The notes beneath the pieces are model-generated. The model ran no database searches, was not told where the DNA came from, and saw only the letters and a program-made list of their open reading frames with translations. A program made the position numbers and the translations under genes. Below are positions 25,434-34,467 of a stretch of DNA of 64,000 bases, piece after piece (position 1 is the first letter of the stretch; each line of letters starts with the position of its first letter). Origin of the DNA: Marsupella aquatica (Eukaryota > Plantae > Marchantiophyta); NCBI GenBank assembly GCA_973895155.1, contig OZ316894.1, positions 10,633,874-10,697,873 on the forward strand, given 5' to 3'.

Positions 25434-27049
25434 CCCCCTCTCAACCATGGCTTGTAGTGAGTGACTGTTCAGATCAAGCAATATTAATCTACCTATGGGG
25501 AGGAGCAAAGTAAGGCTTCTGAGTGTATCCTATTCAAAGTATACACATAACACCAGTGCACATAGAGTAAATGGGGTCTATCATGCCAGAGGAGGAGGTA
25601 GTGTTGAGAGAGTCTGCAATGCTTCTCATTCTGTCCATGTTGGGGTTTATATCGACAAACTCCCAAAGCATGTGTGATTACTTGGTGTGTAATCATGGCG
25701 GCCAGCCCAAAGAGGAGGACTCTCCCCCTAGTGAAGAACGGGCACTAGAAGAAAACGTCCCCTTTTGAGACCCTATGCTTTGTGACTTTAGGGAGACTTT
25801 CAAAAATACATGACTCCAAGTTTAGGGGAGTCATTGTTGTTACATTTTATCAACTGATTTTTGGGGGATATTTGTGAAAGTCATTCCTACAACTTCTGAT
25901 AAAGTAGCAATTGTAACACTAGTAGGGCAGTCATATGTAAGTTGAATAAGCTACTCTCCATTACGGCATTCTGAAATAGAGTGCAAGAAGGATTACATGC
26001 ACTCTAGACATCACGGAATGTTCCATTTACAACCCTTGACTTGCAACTTGCGGAGTCGGGAGCACTAGGTGCACATAGAAGGAATGGGGGTTTAGGGTTG
26101 CAGAACTAGTTAAATGTCTTCATTTCAAGAGCATTGTAGCTAGTTATCCTAGCTAGCCTAATTAAACGTGCATGGGAGTACTTGCCTCTATAATAGTAAG
26201 TCTTATGCTGCTCAATGGATTCCTTAGAGTTCATGGGCAACTTTGACAAGAATATTGGGGTGATATCATTTTCAATTCAGGGCTAAAGTAGTGTCTGGCC
26301 CCCATTCTTTGTCCACCCTCCCTAAGTGGCATGTGTAAGGGTTAATTTACAGTTGCGTTCTAAGAGGTTACAGTTGCGTTCATTTAATCTTTGCTCACAA
26401 AGTGTCGTGTCCAATTTGCTTTAGGGTACTAACATGTGTATCAACGGCTCATGTCAACGCAAAGTGGTCGAGGCTCATTGGGTTTGGTTCACTAAGTGTC
26501 ACTAAGTGTTAAGGTATGCTTTGTGCGTGAGTGTGCCTTTGGACACGAGTTTAGGGTGCGCGGGTTTTGTTTAGGGTTTAAACACGCCAGCAGAGTGCAA
26601 AGTTCAGTTCAATGTGCGTGGGAACTCGGAGGTTTTTGTTTCAGAAAAACTCACTTGTCCATTTCGGGGACATTCGTCGTGCCTGAAGGTCGTCACATTG
26701 TGCGCGGTCTCACAAAGTGGGGAGTGTGCTTCGCGATCGGGGCAGTTCCTTCGCGTAGGGGAGTTTTGCGCTTGGAGCTTGAAGGTTTACCTTCAAAGCT
26801 CTAGAGCATTCAAGCTGAGAGGGCGACCGGCTTGCGGAGTGGAGAGGTGAGCTGCAGTGGACGACGAGCTCTAGGACTGGGAGGAGCTGTGGGCGGGCAG
26901 GAGCTGCAATTTGGGAGCTGCTCTGGCCGCCGGTCTGGCCGAGGAGCTACGAGCGGAGAGCAGCTGGAGTGGAGCTCGAGCGGAGTGGAGCTGGAGTGGA
27001 GTGCTTCTGTCACACACTGCTGAGGATTGCTACGTAGCTTCAGTTTGGG

Positions 27050-27425
27050 CGGCGGTGCGAGCAGAGGTGCTGAGAGCGGCTCAGGTGCCAAAGGAGGTGG
27101 TGCGAGCGGAGGTGCGAGCGGAGGTGCTGAGAGCGGCTCAGGTGCCAAAGGAGGTGGTGCGAGCGGAGGTGCGAGCGGAGGTGCTGAGAGCGGCTCAGGT
27201 GCCAAAGGAGGTGCTGAGAACGGAGGTGCGAGCAGAGGTGCTGAGAGCGGCTCAGGTGCCAAAGGAGGTGGTGCGAGCGGAGGTGCGAGCGGAGGTGCTG
27301 AGAGCGGCTCAGGTGCCAAAGGAGGTGCTGAGAGCGGCTCAGGTGCCAAAGGAGGTGCTGAGAGCGGAGGTGCGAGCGGATGTGCGAGCGGATGTGCTAA
27401 GAGCGGAGGTGGTAAAAGAGGTGCT
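27050..27425 (+). repeat. G-rich minisatellite of 12/15/30-bp modules inside the CACTA
   Basis: GGAGGTGCTGAGAGCGGCTCAGGTGCCAAA, GGAGGTGGTGCGAGC and GGAGGTGCGAGC are repeated. All modules are multiples of 3, so two + frames and one - frame stay open. Confidence 0.9.
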
Positions 27426-29074
27426 ATTGGATCACTGAGAAGGCTGCAACCTCTCTATCTTATTCCTACTATCTGGCGGTTGCAGTTGGAAGGAGGGTCG
27501 AGTGGCGAACATTTTGTCAGTTGAGGACTTAGCTGCGGGTTTGTCATTTCCTGGAGCTCAATCGCTTGCTACTAAGACTACTGTTGCTGCAATTGCAAGT
27601 TGCTTGATCATGAGCTCCCTAGCTCCATTGTGAGTTGCCTCCCTATTCTCCTTGTTCTCCCTGTCTCCCCCTTGCTTGCAGTTACTATCGCCAGGAAGAA
27701 TGTGTTTGGCCAAGATGCTAGATTGCGACTTGTCTTCTTGCTTCTAGCTCGTGTATATGCTGGCATCCGTGGGGGTTCCTCGAGTTTGAGTCTGCAGAGG
27801 AAGAGTCTATCATAGTCTAATTAAATGTGGGCCATATTACTCTAGTCAATGAATGAGTTCCCTGGAAATAGAACCTCTCTGATTATAGAGGTGCGATTCG
27901 GTCAGAATTTTTTCCCCTCTCATTGTATCCACTGATGCCAACTCACTTTCATCACCTCAATTCTGAACAATGAGCGTAGTCTCAGGCTCCATACTGCCTA
28001 TACTGAATGGTCTAGCTGCGATGTCCACCTCGGCTGAAGTGAGCTCTGACTTGGAGCCTTAACATTTGTGTTCTGTGGGGCTGATTAGAGTTGGTTCCGT
28101 CCAGAAGCTGCTCTACTAAAGTGATAGAGCTCCGGCTTGGAGGTGGATCTTCACTTTTTTGTGGGTCTGAGTGACTTCTGTCTAGCTGGGCTTAGCTGAG
28201 TCAATAATACATTCAAAAGAGGTGAGTATCCCTGACCAACATTTATTTACTCTTGACCACGCCAAACTAATGGCGCTTCAATTTGAACTTTCTAAGTCTG
28301 ACTGCTGACTCCACTCCTTAAAACCTACCTTAATTATATTCATGTCTTTCTTTTGTGCATGCGCATAATGTCTTTCATTCAGTTTAACATAAAATGTGAG
28401 ACAGGGCTGCATCCAGCTCTTCTAGATGACAAGAAGGCATTGATCAGTTGCTTTTTGATCTTTCCTCACCAAACAAGAAATCTTTCTTACAAGAAACCTG
28501 TCTTACAAGAAATCCGGCCAGTCTCACAATGCCATTGTTGATGAAACCTTGCTTCTGCTGATGAAACCTTGCTTCTTCTTAATCCAATGCTTGCTGCCTT
28601 GTTACAACGTTTGTCTAGTTGACCGCTTCAGTGCCTATTCTTCATTTCCTGTTGTTCCATTTTTGGAAATTTATGCTTAAGGAACCTGCATTTCCTTCCC
28701 TGTCCCCATGCTATCTCCACTGCACCTTCCACTGCTAGCTATGTTGATTCCTTCCACTGCTAGCTCTAGACAATGATGCAGTCCAAATGCTGATCAGTCT
28801 CACTGGGGGTGCCGGTGCAGACACAACTCGCACTGTGTGATTGTAGTTTTGCTTTGTCGGGACGAATGTGTTTGGCTAAGATGCTAGATTGTGGCTTATC
28901 TTCTTGCTTCCATCTCGTGTATATTCAATTAGTAGAAGCTGGGAACGAAGTGAAAATTGAATTTCCTTATATTAAGCATCCTGACCTAGAAACTCAATAC
29001 ATAAACTCCTGGAGTCCCTCGGGACATAAAATGAGCCAAATTGTTTCAAAATTGGGAACCTGCACCCGCACTAC

Positions 29075-29416
29075 TCAAACAAATGTGTTGGGCTTGGTGG
29101 CCTTGTAAGTCGTCTTTAGCTTTCACGATGGAGGTTGAATCTTGCGGTACGTCAAGGGGAACTTGATCTTTGAATCATGGAACTGCTTGGTACTTTCTCG
29201 CTTGCACAGAGAGACAGGGACTGTCGTAGTCTTGATGATCTGGATGCAAGGGAACCGAACTCTATGACAAGAAGCCATCTCATCATACATCTGCTCTACA
29301 GCGATGTTCAATGTGGTATCACGATATTTCTTGTACATGTTGGGATAACCTGTACGACTCTGATACCTCACCCAGATACCGAAGTTCTTAATTGTGGTGG
29401 GCTTCTTTTCGAAGAT
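29075..29416 (-). pseudogene. RPL18a: Captured last exon of 60S ribosomal protein L18a (eL20)
   Basis: Reads [63 protein letters not shown]...[10 protein letters not shown]...PS*KLKTTYKATKPNTFV*. Preceded by a CAG acceptor. Premature TGA at 29123-29125. No upstream exons are present. Confidence 0.93.
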
Positions 29417-30424
29417 CTGGTAGACACATTATTCAGCATTTGCTAACTTCGAAACTAGAAGGGTAACACATTAAACAACAGATAAACTCACAACATCCTC
29501 CTTTGGTCCTTCAGAGTCTGTACTTTGATTATGAAGTTTGACTGAGTTTCTGTTTACTGAAAGAATATGACTGTGTAAGAGTTCCGTTTGGCAGTGGATT
29601 GGTTGAAGCACTTCATGCTAGTGTGTTGTCTACAGCTCTTCAACCAGCTTTCGTCTTCCTTGTCTTTCACCACTTACGATGACATCAATTCAGCTAAGAC
29701 CATAGAAGGTTCCAAAGCATCTAACTTGTAAAATCGCATTCTGTTACATCAAGGACTAAGGTGTTGGGTGCCAAAGGAGACAGCACAACAAACACGCTGA
29801 AAAGACTTCAGGACTGGGTTCAACAAGGCAGTGAAGGTGCTTAGAGCCTAGTAAGTATGCATTCTGTATCTTTCTCTGTTGATGTGAGCTTGTGCATAAT
29901 GGGAGTTGTAGTTGGCAAGAGTTCCAAATAAAAATAGATCCAGAAGTATGTGATCATCTACTTGCTCTATAAAGTTCTGAAGATATAAGCATTTTCTGTT
30001 AGACCAGGCAACTTGGGAGTTGGTAAGTGTCACCTGCATCTGAGGGGCTACACCGGGGGCATCAGTGGAGGTTCACTTGCACAACACGACAACCAATGAA
30101 TTTTCTCTCTGCTACAACCTGCAAGGTGAGACTTTCGGTCTTTCTGGATAAAAAAACAGGATTTTAATACGATTGATATACATGTCCGTCGAGAATATGG
30201 GTTTATCACCAAGCTCTTTGTCTTAGGAAACTCATAAACTCAGAATCAAATATGTACTATGTACGTTTCATGCTATGTGTATACTATGACCTGTAGTTGG
30301 AACCAAGACAATGAGTGGGAACTGATTAGTTTAGGTGGTTGCTGTTGGTGAGGCAAGTCGACCTCCTGCTCACCTTGCTCATCAAAGGACGTGAACAGAG
30401 GACATCACAACGAAAGCAACACTT

Positions 30425-30873
30425 ATGGTGAGGACCCGCAACGCTGAACATGTGCGACTTGCACGCAAGGCAGAGATGTTGCGCCTTGAGTATGTCAGAC
30501 TTGGGATCCTTCCAGCCCAGTCTACATGGTACTTTGAGTACCCTGTTGTTTCCAGGAACAACTACAGCGGCCTCTACCTGCTTCAGTACCCTTCCCGACA
30601 TCCTTGGTATTTGTGTCTCTTGTACATGACCCGCCACAAATTAGGTGCCAAGGGTGTGTACACAGTTGCCAATATGACTGTCCTGCCTGTAGGGCTTCTG
30701 GCCCAGAATTGGATGATCGTTCTCTTGGATGCCAATTTTTGCACAGAGCACAATGTATCATCTGGAACCACTCGCCATCCTGCAGTGTGCCTGGTGATGT
30801 CACTTGTCCTGCCCTCCCAGACCCCACCACCGGTGACTTTGGTGTCTACACATGTTTGGATCACATGCTCTAG
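30425..30873 (+). pseudogene. Small Cys/His-rich zinc-finger (PHD/RING-variant-like) ORF, probably frameshifted; CACTA accessory gene A
   Basis: ATG at 30425 (MVRTRNAEHVRLARKAE...). From ~30570 another frame gives CQGCVHSCQYDCPAC...CQFLHRAQC...YTCLDH, with a stop at 30873. Confidence 0.5.
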
Positions 30874-31490
30874 AGGACCACTTGTCACACCGCATGCACA
30901 GACCAGATACCATTGACCTATAGCTTAACACTCTGACTTCAACACAGAGGATATTTACTTAAAATTTTGATGTATGAGCAATTTTGGGTCCAGGGTTTAG
31001 GGTCAACAGTACATAACTTATATCCTATTATGCCTGCACTAAGCAAAATATCCTAATTTAAGAGGCTAGCAAACTCGCATAAAAGTCTCTATTGAAAGAC
31101 TGCTTTCATGACTGCTTTAACCTGGTGAACATTGCAACGTTCAATGAATTAATGGGCCATGTGATAACCTGTAAAATGTGATTTATGCATCACTTATTTG
31201 TCTCAGCCACTATCATAGCCTATTTAGGATGTATAAATTTCAACCCTTATGACACTGTTTCATACCAATCCTCTTCGAAGAATGCGCGTTTTACATGTCA
31301 CGACTATTGTATGTGATTCAAATGCATGAAATGTTGTTGCAAATCTCCTTTGGTGAATCATAGCCACAATTAAAATTGAGGTGTTGGTGGAGCAATTGTA
31401 TTAGGGGATCAGGTTTGTGTGTGGGCTCAACATACCAAAAGTATGTATGCTCTGCATCCTTGTGTGGCCATTCCAATTCATTGCAGTAGC

Positions 31491-31634
31491 AAATGCCTTT
31501 GTACCTTAAATGCTAAATATATTTTACTTTCTGTGCAGTCTGCTAAATTGTAGAGTCTATCTAAATGCCTTTGTACCTTAAATGCTAAATATATATTACT
31601 TTCTGTGCAGTCTGCTAAACTGTAGAGTCTATCT
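31491..31634. repeat. 72-bp direct tandem duplication just upstream of the PHD gene
   Basis: AAATGCCTTTGTACCTTAAATGCTAAATAT...GTAGAGTCTATCT occurs twice, nearly identical. Confidence 0.9.
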
Positions 31635-31645
31635 CATGCGCAGGC

Positions 31646-32330
31646 ATGGCATGACCTAAAATTCAAGCCAAAAAGCGTGTGACAGAGGTGAGAAACACAG
31701 GTGTACTTGGGGCAGATGCTACTAACTTCTCTGCAAGTCAGATTTTCCAGAAGGCAGCTCATTGTTGTGCCATTTGTGACGATGGTGGGGGCCTGGTCAT
31801 TTGTGAGGGCCCTTGCATGAGGCATTTCCACCTCAACCCGGAGTCTGACCTTGCTGCAGAAAACAATTGTCCAGGGGTGGGCCTCCCGTCAACACACCAG
31901 GGAGACTGGATGTGCACTGATTGTTTGGAGAAGCAGGCTAACTAAGTGTGCACAGTGTGGGAAGTTGGGGTCCTATGAGGGCTCTATTGATGCTGCAGCA
32001 AATGTTAGGAAATGTCCAGACCATTTTTGTGTGAGATTTTTCTGTTTTGAGTGTTTGCCTGCTCATGCCACAGCTTGCCCACTTCATAGGTGCAAGGCAT
32101 GTGGTGAGCATGATCATGAGTACTGGACTGACATAGTCCACTGTGCTAGGTGTCCCACCATGTGGCACTATCATTGCCTGAAAGATCGTCAAGCAGAGGG
32201 TTATGCTTGTGATAGAGAAATCTCTGATCACTCTGCACATGGTGTTGATCGATGGATATTTTATTGTCATCGCCATGCCATTGATCCTACCTCGCGCACT
32301 CCTGTGAGAGATCACATATCTTGGCTGTGA
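31646..32330 (+). pseudogene. Stand-alone EDM2/NSD-type triple PHD-finger protein; CACTA accessory gene B (two lesions in this copy)
   Basis: ATG GCA TGA CCT AAA (MA*PKIQAKKR, probably CGA>TGA). Then CAICDDGGGLVICEGPCMRHFH...C..C, a 4-bp CTAA duplication at ~31938-31945 that shifts the frame, and KCAQCGKLGS...CPLHRCKAC...CARCPTMWHYHCL...YCHRHAIDPTSRTPVRDHI. This matches the recalled EDM2 pattern CAICDNGG..CCEG.C.RSFH / CPLHKC..C / CRRCPKSYHRKCL / YC..HEID....TPVRDH. Confidence 0.85.
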
Positions 32331-32922
32331 AGCTGAACATTGTACATGCACAGTGCACCTGATGTGGATGTACTATTTTTTGAGATTGCAGAGATTCCAA
32401 TTTTGAAAAGGAGTTGGGTAGACGAGTTTATATAGGCAGCACTTATCTTGTGCTCTGGCGTCAGTGGCTGGGTACATGCCTATAAAAACTTATCCTTACA
32501 AGCCTTCTTGGAAGTATTTAGGCTGAGTGGTCATTTTCATAAACACTTTCATCAGATTGCTAAATTAAAACAGGACTTCTAAGTTGTAAGCGTATAAATT
32601 ATCAGGCATGCGATTAATGAAATTGCCCTATAAGTTTGTCATTGAACGTATCCTCCTTTACAACAAAATATGTATGTGCCATGACAAGTTGGTTGCACTT
32701 CATTTCACCTTCGATATGGATTTTGTAGTATATATTCAAACAATGTCCTACATCCGTGCAGGTGCCTAGTACGTATTGTTCACATATCCCTTGTACCTAT
32801 CAAAATCGGACCTGAGCACCAGTGGGCCAGATCAACTCAAGAAGCAGGAATTTTGTTGTCCTTGTATTGTCAGGTGAACCCATTCTTCCAAAATTCACTG
32901 TCATCACGTAGGGTGTGTGTAC

Positions 32923-33795
32923 ATGGAGCCTGGGAAATGTAGAAAGTGTGACCACCCAACAGTGTTTACAGGGGTCAGAGCCATTTTGGTCCATGGCCAG
33001 CATGGGTTGACCAAAGTGCATTGGCCAATTGTACAGAAACAATTCTCTGAGCTCCATGGCACTGTAGTTCAGGACATCACTCCAGAGACTACACATGTTG
33101 TTGCAGGGACATGGCTATCAGTGATAAAGAAGTGGTCATGGTCCTACATGAATTCTGCAATTACTAAGCAAGGCCTAAAAGTAGTTGAGGCCTCTTGGAT
33201 CACAGATTCCATAGCACATCAGATTGTACAGGATACTGAGCAATATGAGCTGTGGGAGGATGAAGAAGCTACTGCATCAGCTTGGGCTGAACAAGAAGTC
33301 TGGGAAGCAAAGGCACGGCTTGCTGATGTCCAATATGGACCTGTACTCAACAAAGGACAGAGCTCTAGAAGGCTGAAGAGTATGTTGGCTGAGGAGACGA
33401 AGCAACCAACCCCCATTCTGAAAGGGCTGAGCATGGTATTTGTGGAGGCGGGAATTGGAGAGGTTAAGTGCAAAGTGTACAAGTCCACGGTGCTTGATCT
33501 AGGTGGGACAGTGGAGGAGAATATAACAGAGGACACCACTCATGTCATTACTAAGTCATATCCCAAAGCCTGCCGCAAGTTTGGGAAGGGAGACATTCGC
33601 TTTTATGTCATGTCCCATAATGTGTTTGTGGTTTCATATGCTTGGCTTGTGGAATCAGTAGCAGCTGGGAAGTGTCAAAACCCAATGGACTATGATCTTT
33701 TTGAGGCCTGGCCACGGAAGGGTCAGGATCCTTACAGAGAGGACTATGAGACAACAAGTGAGGAATGGGTCATTAGCGATTCTGAATCAGAGTGA
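32923..33795 (+). CDS. Tandem two-BRCT-domain protein (DNA polymerase lambda-like BRCTs); CACTA accessory gene C, intact 290 aa
   Basis: Two homologous repeats: VFTGVRAILV...LHGTVVQDITPETTHVV...VVEASWITDSI...YEL and ILKGLSMVFVEAG...LGGTVEENITEDTTHVI...KFGK...VSYAWLVESVAAG...YDL. Both have the BRCT GG, THV and WxxxS hallmarks. Acidic tail EEWVISDSESE. Confidence 0.85.
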   Translation: MEPGKCRKCDHPTVFTGVRAILVHGQHGLTKVHWPIVQKQFSELHGTVVQDITPETTHVVAGTWLSVIKKWSWSYMNSAITKQGLKVVEASWITDSIAHQIVQDTEQYELWEDEEATASAWAEQEVWEAKARLADVQYGPVLNKGQSSRRLKSMLAEETKQPTPILKGLSMVFVEAGIGEVKCKVYKSTVLDLGGTVEENITEDTTHVITKSYPKACRKFGKGDIRFYVMSHNVFVVSYAWLVESVAAGKCQNPMDYDLFEAWPRKGQDPYREDYETTSEEWVISDSESE

Positions 33796-34467
33796 GGAGT
33801 AGTAGCATCAGTTTGGACACAAGTTTTTTGTATAAATCAGATCATTGAAATAAATGTGATCTTTGAACTAATGTACCTTGTTATGGTTGGTGGCAGTTGG
33901 GCTTATTTTACTGTTGGCAGATTGTTGTTTCTTGCTGCCTGGGGGTGTCACTGTAAACGTACTGGGTGGGCTCAAATCTCGGCGGTGAGATATCTGATAC
34001 CGCTCTCACACCTATGCCTATGACTATACATGATTGGACTCTGATATGGTCATGGGTGTACATGTAGAGGCGGTACATTTGAGGACAGCTGTGGAGGTGG
34101 TGACACCCTCAAACATTGAGGAATTTTGTGTCATTCACTTGACAATAGGTACACTACTCGCAAACCTGTTTTTTTCTTTTGGGGTGGTTTAGGGTTTGTG
34201 AGAATTTATTACACGTTATGTTAACTCTTTTGGCACATACAGTCAGGGATATATGGAACACAAATACCACCATTAGGCATCCCTGTTCACTGCTGTCCAT
34301 GACTACAGAGCTTCCAGCCTGTTGCAATGCACCCTGGTCACCACCCTCCCCAAACCCAGCCCAGGGCACAGGCACTGCCTTTGCATCATCCCACAAGGAT
34401 ATCACGCCATGATAATAAGCTTTGGCAGCGTGAAAGGTTATGAACCAGACTTTCAGGAGCCAGTAGG

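Noticed and set aside
26810-27349. Extensin-like Pro-rich protein on the minus strand
   Set aside because: Antisense reading of the minisatellite, with no ATG start or signal peptide.
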